A stretch of DNA of 49,211 nt from contig JADHWA010000003.1 in assembly GCA_016783715.1 (NCBI GenBank), positions 1 through 49,211 of the forward strand, in the 5' to 3' direction. Numbering within the stretch: the first letter of the stretch is position 1; every line of letters starts with the position of its first letter. The position numbers and the translations under genes are program-made. The notes under the pieces are model-generated. The model saw only the letters and a list, made by a program, of their open reading frames with translations. It made no database searches and had not been told where the DNA came from. This DNA is from Candidatus Omnitrophota bacterium (GTDB lineage Bacteria > Omnitrophota > Gorgyraeia > Gygaellales > Profunditerraquicolaceae). Positions 40,616 through 49,211 of this stretch are shown here, in pieces.

Positions 40616-42814
40616 TTACTTTGCAGGCCTTCGTGTCCAGGCAAGAACCAAAGGCGAGGCAATGTAAATTGTGGAATAGATGCCGGAGATAAAACCGACA
40701 ATTAAGGTAAAGGCAAAGTTGCTTAAAACCTCTCCTCCGAATAAGAAAATCGAGATAACCACCAATAACGTTACTACCGTAGTAAGTACCGTACGGCCGA
40801 GCGTCTGATTAACACTCAGGTTTATCAGATCATAGAGCTTGAGCTTCCTGTATAGGTGGCTGTTCTCCCTGACACGGTCATAGATAACGATTGTATCGTT
40901 AATAGAGTAACCGGCGATAGTTAAAAATGCGGTAATGCTCAAGAGATCCAACTGTCTGCCGGTAATCATCAAGAATGCCAGTGCAATCCCTACATCATGC
41001 AGCAGGGCGATTACACCTGCCATGGCAAAGTTAAAGTGCTTGAATCGAAAAGAGACATATGCCAATATCCCGATCAGAGACCAGATCAGGGCCTTGATTG
41101 CCTTGTGCTTCAGATGTCTGCCGGCCACCGGACCGACGCGTTCTATTCTCAAGATTTCGATATCCTGATCAGGAAAACGCTCATTCAGCCTATCGGTAAT
41201 CAGCTCTGTTCTATCCCTTTTAGTCCTGATTAGAACCACGCGGGGATCTTCTCTGAACTGCTGGATACTGGCATCTTCAATCTGCAGTTCATCAAGCAAC
41301 CGCCGCAGCGAGTCTACCGGGACTGCCGTCTTAAAACTATACTCCTGTAATTGACCGCCGACGAAGTCTATCCCATGAGCCTCGGAGCCTCTCTTGAAGT
41401 AAGTAAAAATCCCTATCCCGATAATAACCAGGGAAACCAGATAAAAGAACCTTCTCCTGCGGATAAAATCGATTTTTGTCACTCTGAATAGCCTGATCAT
41501 CGGCAGGATTTTGAGAATCTTTAAGCTCAATAATAGCTCAAATATCAACCTGGTAACCACAATAGCGGTAAATAAACTGGCAGCCAGACCTATAGTTAAT
41601 GTCACCGCAAACCCTCTAATCGGACCAGTGCCGAATTGAAAGAGCAGGAATGCCGCAATTAAGGTAGTAAGATTGGAATCTAAGATTGCGCTGAATGCCT
41701 TACTATAGCCGTTTGATATTGCCGTGCGCAGATGTTTGCCGGCAGAGAGTTCCTCTTTTATACGTTCATTGATCAGCACATTGGCATCTACCGCCATACC
41801 CAAAGCAAGTGCGATACCGGCGATACCGGGAAGTGTCAGTGTTGCCGATATTCCGGGAAAGAGAACCGGAAGTATCCCCAATCCTCCCAGGATAAGTAAT
41901 AGATTCAGCATAAGCGCGATATCTGCAATCATCCCGGCTATAATATAATAAATCAACATAAAGACCAGGACTAATCCTGCGCCGATAAGCGTGGCTTTGA
42001 TGCCTTTATTTATCGAATCCTGCCCCAACAAAGGACCAATGGTCCTCTCTTCTTCAATATGCATTGGTGCAGGTAAGGCACCGATCCGCAAGACAATCGC
42101 CAGATCCTGCGCCTGTTCCGGGGAAAATCGGCCGCTGATTACAGCTTCTCCTGAAGGTATTGCCTCCCTGATACGGGGAGCTGACTGCACTTTTCCGTCT
42201 AAGACGATCGCCAGCCTCTTTCCGACGTTATCTGTGGTAATCTCGGCAAACTCCCTGGCGCCATCGGAATTAAATTCCAGGGCCACGATAGGCTTACTAA
42301 GCTGGTCAAAGCGCACGTAGGCATTAGAGAGCGCTCCTCCGGTCAAAGCCGAATCTTCATTTATAAGCAGAGGTTCATCATCCTCATCTGCTCGCAGCAA
42401 CTCATACCCCGCCGGTACCTCACCGGCCAAGGCCTGCTGCAGCGCTGCCACATCAGGGGAGACAAGTTTAAACTCCAGGAGCGCGGTCTTGCCGATCAAT
42501 TCGATTGCCCGCTGCCGGTCGGTGATCCCGGGAAGCTGTACGACAATCTCATCCTCCCCCTGCCTCTGTATCGTCGGCTCTCGCACGCCGAAGGCATCGA
42601 TTCTGTTTCTGATCACCTCCAGCGCCCGATCACAGGCATCAATCCTCTCTTCGGGAGGCAGGTCTGCGGTATCGACCTTTAGCAAAAGATGCATCCCGCC
42701 CTTTAGATCAAGTCCTAAATTTATCCTTTTATCCAAAGGAAATGCATAATAAGCAAAAAAACCAACCAGCCCCAGAATAAAGATTAACCTGTAGATTATT
42801 TTTCTATTCATCAA
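40616..42814 (-). CDS. secDF: Fused protein translocase subunit SecDF
   Basis: LGLDLKGG, AVDANVLI.ERI, GIDF.GG, GYSINDTIV.YDR. Confidence 0.96.
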   Translation of the reverse strand: MMNRKIIYRLIFILGLVGFFAYYAFPLDKRINLGLDLKGGMHLLLKVDTADLPPEERIDACDRALEVIRNRIDAFGVREPTIQRQGEDEIVVQLPGITDRQRAIELIGKTALLEFKLVSPDVAALQQALAGEVPAGYELLRADEDDEPLLINEDSALTGGALSNAYVRFDQLSKPIVALEFNSDGAREFAEITTDNVGKRLAIVLDGKVQSAPRIREAIPSGEAVISGRFSPEQAQDLAIVLRIGALPAPMHIEEERTIGPLLGQDSINKGIKATLIGAGLVLVFMLIYYIIAGMIADIALMLNLLLILGGLGILPVLFPGISATLTLPGIAGIALALGMAVDANVLINERIKEELSAGKHLRTAISNGYSKAFSAILDSNLTTLIAAFLLFQFGTGPIRGFAVTLTIGLAASLFTAIVVTRLIFELLLSLKILKILPMIRLFRVTKIDFIRRRRFFYLVSLVIIGIGIFTYFKRGSEAHGIDFVGGQLQEYSFKTAVPVDSLRRLLDELQIEDASIQQFREDPRVVLIRTKRDRTELITDRLNERFPDQDIEILRIERVGPVAGRHLKHKAIKALIWSLIGILAYVSFRFKHFNFAMAGVIALLHDVGIALAFLMITGRQLDLLSITAFLTIAGYSINDTIVIYDRVRENSHLYRKLKLYDLINLSVNQTLGRTVLTTVVTLLVVISIFLFGGEVLSNFAFTLIVGFISGIYSTIYIASPLVLAWTRRPAK

Positions 42815-42820
42815 TACCTT

Positions 42821-43114
42821 TTATGAAGATTGCACTGATTGTGTTTTCTTTAAATAGGCGATGCAATTCTTATCGATCTCAACTTTTACATTGTCGTCAA
42901 TACGCAGAGTCAGGGTCTTATCTTTTAAGTTGACGATTGTACCATGAATTCCGCTGGACGTCACTACTTCATCATTCTTATTGAGTTTACCAAGCATAGC
43001 CTTGTGATCTTTTTCTTTACGTTTCTGCGGACGAATCAGCAAAAAATAAAAAATAACAAAGATGAAAATAAGCGGAAATAAACTTACTATTGGATTTCCT
43101 TGTGCTGTTGGCAT
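42821..43114 (-). CDS. yajC: Preprotein translocase subunit YajC
   Basis: FYFLLIRPQ, V.T.SGIHG. Confidence 0.96.
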   Translation of the reverse strand: MPTAQGNPIVSLFPLIFIFVIFYFLLIRPQKRKEKDHKAMLGKLNKNDEVVTSSGIHGTIVNLKDKTLTLRIDDNVKVEIDKNCIAYLKKTQSVQSS

Positions 43115-43125
43115 CTTTCTCTCCT

Positions 43126-43265
43126 TTAAATGAGCCTCGCCTTATGCGTGGGGCTAATCCTTCGATTCACTTGGCTCGCTCAGGATGGTGAGCGAGGGCT
43201 GTTACGTCTGTCCGAATCGAACCATTTATCCCGAGTGCCGCCATATTGGCCGGACCAGGGATCTT
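43126..43265 (-). repeat. Junction element copy 11 (partial or divergent) joined to other palindromes, between rpsP and yajC
   Basis: ttaaatga|gcctcgc..gcgtggggc|taat left end, then ttcgattc..gaatcgaa and ctcgctca..tgagcgag stems. Confidence 0.55.
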
Positions 43266-43273
43266 AATTAGTC

Positions 43274-43519
43274 TTATCCTGTCTTAGCTAACTTCTTCAC
43301 CAGACTCTTTACTGTTTCTGACGGCTGGGCCCCCTTACTCTTCCAATGATCAAAACGCTCTTTTTTTATACTGGCCTCCCCGGTAATAGGATTATATGTG
43401 CCTATCTCTTCGATAAAACTGCTGTCTCTGCCTGCAGTTCTCTCGCAGACACAGATCCGGAAATACGGCTTTTTTTTGGGATTCTTCCCAACTCGCCTTA
43501 AACGTATACGAACTGCCAT
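43274..43519 (-). CDS. rpsP: 30S ribosomal protein S16
   Basis: MAVRIRL.R.G, IE.IG.YNP, GAQPS.TV; AGGAGG before the ATG at 43519. Confidence 0.97.
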   Translation of the reverse strand: MAVRIRLRRVGKNPKKKPYFRICVCERTAGRDSSFIEEIGTYNPITGEASIKKERFDHWKSKGAQPSETVKSLVKKLAKTG

Positions 43520-43533
43520 TTCTTGTTCCTCCT

Positions 43534-43761
43534 TTAATGAGCGCATATTTTACGGAAGCTCCTTTAGGAGCAACGTAAAATATAGCTTCTTTTGTTTACT
43601 AATCTATCAGCGTGCGCGAATTAAACCCCCCACCACTTTTTAATCTAACTACCTTGTGTATAAAACCACTTACCACTTTTTCTCCAAAAAGTGGTGGGGG
43701 GTCAAGTTCCCCCGCACCCAGTCTAGTATCTACGCTACTTGTTTGGGTGCGGGGTCACTTG
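43534..43761 (-). repeat. Junction element copy 12 (type A centre, type C module used as right arm), between trpE and rpsP
   Basis: ttaatga|gcgca..tgcgc|gaatt..gttc|ccccgcaccc..gggtgcgggg|tcacttg. Confidence 0.92.
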
Positions 43762-45255
43762 ACGTATAGCCTCAAACAAGGCCTTTGCCTTATTGACGGT
43801 TTCAAGATATTCCTTATTGGGCAGAGAATCCGCCACAATTCCCGCCCCTGCCTGAATATAGGCGACTCCCCCTTTGATCACTATCGTCCTTATGGTAATA
43901 CAGGTATCCATATTATGAGAGAAACTAAAATAACCCACACAGCCCGCATAGGGGCCACGGCGTAGATTCTCTAACTCATCTATGATCTCCATGGCGCGGA
44001 TCTTTGGACTGCCGCTGACTGTCCCTGCGGGAAAGCCAGCCCTCAAGACCTCATATACATCTAGATTATCCTGCAACCTCCCTCTGACCTCAGTCACCAG
44101 ATGCATTACATGGGAGTATTTTTCTACGTTCATAAACTCACTTAGCTTGACAGTCCCGGGCTTACAGACCCGGCCTAAATCATTCCTTCCGAGATCAACC
44201 AGCATTATGTGCTCTGCTCTCTCCTTTGAGTCATGCAAGAGCTCCTTCTCAAGCCGCAGATCCTCAGCCTGATTCCGCCCCCGTGGCCGCGTGCCGGCAA
44301 TCGGCCTGGTCCTAACCACCCCTTCCTCACAACGCACCAGCATCTCAGGAGATGACCCGACTAAATAAAAACCCTTAAACTTCAAGAAATACATATAGGG
44401 CGAGGGATTGAGGCTGCGCAGAGCCCGATAGATATCAAAAGGCTCTCCGGTAATTTTCGCAGAGAACCGCTGCGAGAGAACAGTCTGGATAATATCACCT
44501 TTTCTTATGAAAACCTTTGCCTTCTTAATAATCTCCTGAAATTCACTCCTTTTAAAGTTAGAGTTGATTCTTATTTTATTCGATTTGCCGCTTTTTTGCT
44601 TAACAAGGGTAATCTCTCCTTTAAGCTGAGCCTGGATATCCTTGATCTTCCCAAGGGCCTGCCTATAAAGCCTGCGTTTGGACTTCTGTGATAGGGCCGC
44701 CTTCTTTGGCTCCGGGAGGATGACATTTGTGACGATCTTTATAGTATGATTTATATGATCAAAGACCAGAATAGTATCGGTAAGCATAAATACCGAATCA
44801 GGCAGCCTTAAATCATCCCGGTTTTTATCGGGGATATCTTCAAAGAACCTGATCAGGTCATAACCGGCAAAACCTACCAGGCCGCCGTAAAACCGAGGAA
44901 GCCCCTTTATCGGAACCGCCTTGAACCTCTGCATAATCTTTTTTATCTCCTGCAGCGGGTCGCTCTTGGTTATAAAACGGCGGACACTCTTCCTGCTAAA
45001 ATCCCTGATCTCGATATTTCTTGCCTTACTGCGTATGACCAACGAAGGATTAGCCCCCAGGAATGAAAATTTGGCGATATTCTCCTGGCCTTCAACCGAT
45101 TCTAAGAGAAAGGAGTACTCGCCTTTTTTGATCTTTAAAAACGCAGATACCGGTGTATCCAGGTCGGCATTGATCTGGCCGTAGACCGGAATCACATTCC
45201 CTTTTTTGGTAAGTTTTAAAAACTCTTCTTCTGATGGATAATAAGAATTTCTCAT
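43735..45255 (-). CDS. trpE: Anthranilate synthase component I
   Basis: FLLESVE, NPSPYM, PIAGTRPRG, EHIMLVDLGRND, PAGTVSGSPK. Confidence 0.95.
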   Translation of the reverse strand: MRNSYYPSEEEFLKLTKKGNVIPVYGQINADLDTPVSAFLKIKKGEYSFLLESVEGQENIAKFSFLGANPSLVIRSKARNIEIRDFSRKSVRRFITKSDPLQEIKKIMQRFKAVPIKGLPRFYGGLVGFAGYDLIRFFEDIPDKNRDDLRLPDSVFMLTDTILVFDHINHTIKIVTNVILPEPKKAALSQKSKRRLYRQALGKIKDIQAQLKGEITLVKQKSGKSNKIRINSNFKRSEFQEIIKKAKVFIRKGDIIQTVLSQRFSAKITGEPFDIYRALRSLNPSPYMYFLKFKGFYLVGSSPEMLVRCEEGVVRTRPIAGTRPRGRNQAEDLRLEKELLHDSKERAEHIMLVDLGRNDLGRVCKPGTVKLSEFMNVEKYSHVMHLVTEVRGRLQDNLDVYEVLRAGFPAGTVSGSPKIRAMEIIDELENLRRGPYAGCVGYFSFSHNMDTCITIRTIVIKGGVAYIQAGAGIVADSLPNKEYLETVNKAKALFEAIRQVTPHPNK

Positions 45256-45590
45256 TACTTGATTAACCTGTAAAAACAGCTGCGATTACCCGTATGACAG
45301 GCTACCCCACTCTGGCGCACACTGATAAGCAGCGCATCCATATCGCAGTCGTATCTAACCTGCTTGACAAACTGAAAATTTCCCGAAGTTGCCCCCTTCA
45401 CCCAATACTGGCGGCGGGATCGCGACCAAAAAACAGTTTTTTTGAGCCTGAGTGTACGCTTCAGGGATTCCTTATTCATATAGGCTAGCATCAATACTTC
45501 TTTGCTCTTATAATCCTGGATGACCGCCGGAACCAACCCCTTGCGGTCATACTTTATTAAATTTGCATCGAATTTCTTTGTCTTTTTCAT
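45255..45590 (-). CDS. hisI: Phosphoribosyl-AMP cyclohydrolase
   Basis: WSRSR..W.KG.TSG, DCD.D, ACHTG..SCF. Confidence 0.96.
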   Translation of the reverse strand: MKKTKKFDANLIKYDRKGLVPAVIQDYKSKEVLMLAYMNKESLKRTLRLKKTVFWSRSRRQYWVKGATSGNFQFVKQVRYDCDMDALLISVRQSGVACHTGNRSCFYRLIK

Positions 45591-46342
45591 AATCTAACCG
45601 GCACTCCTTTATCCTTTAGGTAATCCTTTACCTGTTTAACCGAAAGCTCCTGGTAGTGAAATACCGAAGCAGCCAGAGCTGCATCAGCGCCAGATCTAGC
45701 GAAGACCTCATAAAAATGCTCTAGCCTACCTGCTCCTCCGGAGGCAATCACCGGAATCCCTACAGCAGTACTGATTGTCTTTGTCAATTCAAGGTCATAA
45801 CCGTCTTTTGTGCCGTCATAATCCATGCTGGTCAAGAGGATCTCTCCGGCCCCTAATCCGGCAACCTGCTTCGACCATTCTACGGCATCCAGGTCCACCG
45901 GAGTCCTGCCGCCGTTAATATAAACTTTCCAGCCATCTGCCTCTTTTTTGACATCAATAGCAACCACGATACACTGGCTGCCGAACTTAAGGCTAGCCCT
46001 GCTTATAAGCTCAGGCAACTTCACTGCCGCAGTATTAATTGAAACTTTATCCGCTCCGGCATTTAAGAGATCCCTGATATCTGAGATATTTCTCACCCCG
46101 CCGCCTACGGTAAAAGGCATGTAGATATTCACCGCGATCGCCTCTACCAGACCTATCAGCGTAGATCTGTTTTCGTAGCTGGCGGTGATATCTAAAAATA
46201 CTAACTCGTCTGCCTTCTGCTGATCATAGATCCTGGCCACCTCTACCGGGTCGCCGGCATCACGCAGACCTAAAAACTTTACACCTTTTACCACCCGGCC
46301 CTCTTTAATGTCCAGGCAGGGGATTATACGCTTGGTAAGCAT
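45587..46342 (-). CDS. hisF: Imidazole glycerol phosphate synthase subunit HisF
   Basis: [21 protein letters not shown]. Confidence 0.97.
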   Translation of the reverse strand: MLTKRIIPCLDIKEGRVVKGVKFLGLRDAGDPVEVARIYDQQKADELVFLDITASYENRSTLIGLVEAIAVNIYMPFTVGGGVRNISDIRDLLNAGADKVSINTAAVKLPELISRASLKFGSQCIVVAIDVKKEADGWKVYINGGRTPVDLDAVEWSKQVAGLGAGEILLTSMDYDGTKDGYDLELTKTISTAVGIPVIASGGAGRLEHFYEVFARSGADAALAASVFHYQELSVKQVKDYLKDKGVPVRL

Positions 46343-46346
46343 GCTT

Positions 46347-46781
46347 TTACTTTACGGGCTTCTCTAAAAACACCTGAAGCAGTCCCCAGGTTTCTTTGCC
46401 AGCTTTCCCGTCAACCTTCAGATCATTAGCCTTCTGAAAGGCCCGGACAGCCTCTTTGGTTCTTTGGCCCATTTTACCGTCAATCTTCCCCGGGTCAAAG
46501 CCGGCACTACTTAAAGCCATCTGAATATCTTTTGTCGATGGCTTAGGACTCTCTAACTTCGGACTCTTCTTTGCTTGCTTCTGATTAAGTTCCCAGATTA
46601 CATCCTTTAGATCAGATATCTCATCATCTTTAAGCTCGACCTGCGATTCAAGGAGCGAAATCTGATCTCTTAGCCCCTGCACCTGTAAATCGTCACCTTT
46701 CTTAGTTGATGTGGCGCAGCCACCAAGAACAAAAACAAACCCGACTAACAACAATAGCACAAAAATTCTTTTTATATACAT
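46347..46781 (-). CDS. Lipoprotein with coiled coil and C-terminal peptidoglycan-binding domain
   Basis: Signal peptide with LGGC lipobox; IQ.AL..AG.DPGKIDG.MG..T..AV..FQ....L.VDG..G.ETW. Confidence 0.85.
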   Translation of the reverse strand: MYIKRIFVLLLLVGFVFVLGGCATSTKKGDDLQVQGLRDQISLLESQVELKDDEISDLKDVIWELNQKQAKKSPKLESPKPSTKDIQMALSSAGFDPGKIDGKMGQRTKEAVRAFQKANDLKVDGKAGKETWGLLQVFLEKPVK

Positions 46782-47521
46782 ACTCCCTCTCCTTTCTTAG
46801 TTCCGCCGATCTTCAGCGCTGCACTCAATGTAAACTTCCCTTCGTATAAGGCCTTGCCGACAATTACTCCGGTTAGACCCTCTTTCTCCAGAACCTTAAG
46901 CCGCCTTAGGTCCTGCAGGCAAGATACCCCCCCTGAGGCGATAACCTTCATGGTGCTTATCTTAAGCAGTTTTTTTAGCTCTCTTATGCTCGGGCCTTTT
47001 AAGGTTCCGTCTTTGGAGATATCCGTATAGATAACCTCTCTGAAACCGTTATTCTCCAATGAAGCAGCAAACTCCGAAGTCCTTATCCGCCGGCCGGAAC
47101 TCTTCCAGCCCTTGGTCATCAATATGTCATTCTTGACATCAATGCTGACAATGACCTTGCCTCTAAATTCTCTGGACACCTTCTCCAGAAACGCCTGATC
47201 CTGGATAGCCCTGGTGCCCAAGACTACCCGCCGCACTCCAAACCCTAGAACCTTTCTTATCATCCCAATACTTCTTAGGCCTCCGCCGAACTGTACCGGG
47301 ATATCAATATTTTGGGCAATCTGCTTTACTATCTTTAAGTTTTTTGGCACCCCTTGAATTGCCCCATTCAGGTCAACCAGGTGAATTAGCCCAGCGCCCT
47401 GGCTTACCCAATCCCTGGCAGTCTTTAGAGCATCCCGGGAGTAGACCCTCTGATCTCTCTCTCCCTGGACAAGCCGCACGACCAAGCCATCTCTTAAATC
47501 AATAGCAGGAATTATCAGCAT
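46772..47521 (-). CDS. hisA: ProFAR isomerase HisA
   Basis: IPAIDL..G..VRL.QG, HLVDL, TDIS.DGTL. Confidence 0.96.
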   Translation of the reverse strand: MLIIPAIDLRDGLVVRLVQGERDQRVYSRDALKTARDWVSQGAGLIHLVDLNGAIQGVPKNLKIVKQIAQNIDIPVQFGGGLRSIGMIRKVLGFGVRRVVLGTRAIQDQAFLEKVSREFRGKVIVSIDVKNDILMTKGWKSSGRRIRTSEFAASLENNGFREVIYTDISKDGTLKGPSIRELKKLLKISTMKVIASGGVSCLQDLRRLKVLEKEGLTGVIVGKALYEGKFTLSAALKIGGTKKGEGVCI

Positions 47522-48141
47522 AGCTCTACAAAGTTTTTTAAAATCGCCAGACCCTCTTCCTGGCTCTTCTCCGGATGGAACTGAACCCCATAGAGGTTAT
47601 CTTTGGAAACAACAGCAGCAAATTCAAAACCATATTCGCAGGTGGCCTCAATCGTCTTTTTATCCGCCGGAGCCACATAATAAGAGTGACAGAAATATAC
47701 ACAGGGATCAGCCGCCAGGCCTCTTAAAAGAGGGCAATCTGACTCCCGAGTTGAAGGCTTGGTGATTTTAAGTTGATTCCACCCTATGTGGGGGATTTTT
47801 TTAACCTGACGGGGATCAAAACGCCTAACCTCCCCTGCAAACAGGCCTAACCCCTTCTCCTGCCTGGCTTCCTGACTTCTCTCAAAGAGCAGCTGCATCC
47901 CCAGACAGATCCCCAAAAGGGTCCTTTTACTGTTTAGTTCCTGCTTCAGGAAAGTATCGAACCCCTTCTTCTTCAACTCCAAGATAGCATCATCAAAAGC
48001 GCCTACCCCGGGAAGGACTATCTTATCCCCATCTTTCAACTTTTTAGGGGAGGAAATTACAGAAGTCTCCTGGCCAAAAGACTCCAGGGCCTTCTGTACG
48101 CTGTGAATATTCCCCATTCCATAGTCAATAATCGCGATCAT
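47515..48141 (-). CDS. hisH: Imidazole glycerol phosphate synthase subunit HisH
   Basis: DYGMGN, PGVG, GICLGMQ, QFHPEKS. Confidence 0.97.
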   Translation of the reverse strand: MIAIIDYGMGNIHSVQKALESFGQETSVISSPKKLKDGDKIVLPGVGAFDDAILELKKKGFDTFLKQELNSKRTLLGICLGMQLLFERSQEARQEKGLGLFAGEVRRFDPRQVKKIPHIGWNQLKITKPSTRESDCPLLRGLAADPCVYFCHSYYVAPADKKTIEATCEYGFEFAAVVSKDNLYGVQFHPEKSQEEGLAILKNFVELC

Positions 48142-48142
48142 T

Positions 48143-48338
48143 TTAATGAGCAGACGACTTACGGAACGACAGTGACGTAAGTCGTAGGCCGTAAGGCCGT
48201 CTACGAATTAACCCCGCCCTTTTGGCAGGGTAGCTTATTTAAATTATATCCCCGCCAAAAGAGCGGGAAAAGTTCGGACATATAAGTTATGTCGTCAAAA
48301 TTATTAATATATTGTTCCATAACTTATGTCCTCACTTA
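48143..48338 (-). repeat. Junction element copy 13 (type D centre), between hisB and hisH
   Basis: ttaatga|gcagac..gtctac|gaattaaccccgcccttttggc..gccaaaagagcggg..ttc|ggac..gtcc|tcactta. Confidence 0.93.
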
Positions 48339-48947
48339 ATCAATCAAACCTTTTGTTGAAGGGATACCTTTACGGCGGGCATCTATCTGCGTGGCCTGGT
48401 CAAGAGCCTTGCCAAAAGCCTTAAATACAGGCTCAAGGTTTGTGTGCAGGTCAGTATTGGCGCCTGAGATTTTTATATTTAGGTTCATCCCTAATTTATT
48501 AGCAAAGGACTCAAAGAAATGGTTGGCATATTCCAGATTATATCCGAACTCATCTCTATCAATAACTGAACCAACCGGCCTTTCTATCTCTTTAAAGAAA
48601 GCTCTGCCGCTTAAGTCAAGAACGACATTAGCTACCACATCCTCCATAGGGAATGAAGCTGACCCGCTGCGCTTAATGCCTAATTTATCTGTTAAGGCAT
48701 CCTTGAATGCCTCCCCTAAGACAAGCCCGATATCTTCATTTGTATGATGCATATCGACCTTTGCAGTATCCCCCTTGGCCTTCAGCTCTAAATCAAACAA
48801 CCCGTGAAAAGCAAATAGCTCCAGCATATGGTTCAGGAGCCCGATCGGAGTATCTATCTTAGACTTACCTTCTCCGTCAACAGTTAACTTAACCGTTATA
48901 TTGGTTTCGGTAGTCTTACGGGATTTCGTAGCAACTCTCTTTTTCAT
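48336..48947 (-). CDS. hisB: Imidazoleglycerol-phosphate dehydratase
   Basis: R.T.ET, HML, D.HHT.ED, FKAFG.AL, PSTKG. Confidence 0.93.
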   Translation of the reverse strand: MKKRVATKSRKTTETNITVKLTVDGEGKSKIDTPIGLLNHMLELFAFHGLFDLELKAKGDTAKVDMHHTNEDIGLVLGEAFKDALTDKLGIKRSGSASFPMEDVVANVVLDLSGRAFFKEIERPVGSVIDRDEFGYNLEYANHFFESFANKLGMNLNIKISGANTDLHTNLEPVFKAFGKALDQATQIDARRKGIPSTKGLID

Positions 48948-48960
48948 AGTGATTACCCCT

Positions 48961-49211
48961 TTAATGAGCGCATAACTTAGCGAAGCTAAATTATAGCGTC
49001 TATGGTTTTACATGTCGATCAGCGTGCGCTAATTACACCCCCCACCACTTTTTAATAAAAGTCTAAAATAAAATTAACGGTATAACTAACCATTCTTTAC
49101 TTAAATCCCCCAACCCACTCTTTCTCTAAAAAGTGGTGGGGGGTAAATTCGGACACGGCTTTTTTGCCAATAGCTTACGTCATTTCATTCCGTAAACTAT
49201 GTCCTCATTTA
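48961..49211 (-). repeat. Junction element copy 14 (type A centre), upstream of hisB; ends at the window edge
   Basis: ttaatga|gcgca..tgcgc|taatt..ttc|ggac..gtcc|tcattta. Confidence 0.92.

Noticed and set aside
154-48747. Numerous plus-strand ORFs of 60-180 aa
   Set aside because: They are antisense shadows of conserved minus-strand genes with no recognisable motifs.

Overview
Bacterial core-genome window, almost entirely on the minus strand. In transcription order it holds hisB-hisH-hisA-(peptidoglycan-binding lipoprotein)-hisF-hisI-trpE-rpsP-yajC-secDF-mfd (unusually short)-surA-like-pdxA-rsmA. A sigma70-type promoter then precedes an unbroken translation/transcription superoperon: tRNA-Thr, rpmG, tRNA-Trp, secE, nusG, rplKAJL, rpoBC, rpsLG, fusA, tuf and the S10, spc and alpha clusters. 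This runs on into an aminotransferase and leuC. A probable transposase tail lies at the left edge. The EF-Tu switch-I sequence points to the PVC group or a relative such as Omnitrophota (inference). The main novelty is non-coding. Fourteen copies (12 complete, 2 partial) of a ~200-250 bp modular element sit at gene boundaries, all in the same orientation. Each complete copy can fold into a perfect four-way junction with clear covariation and with exchangeable, invertible arms. Its closing stem brings the upstream stop codon next to the downstream start codon, which often has no Shine-Dalgarno sequence. Also present are tandem repeats carrying the tRNA-Trp 3' end, a second GATTAC/GTAATC intergenic family, and a heptamer palindrome that appears to encode a signal peptide. 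All folds and alignments were done by eye.
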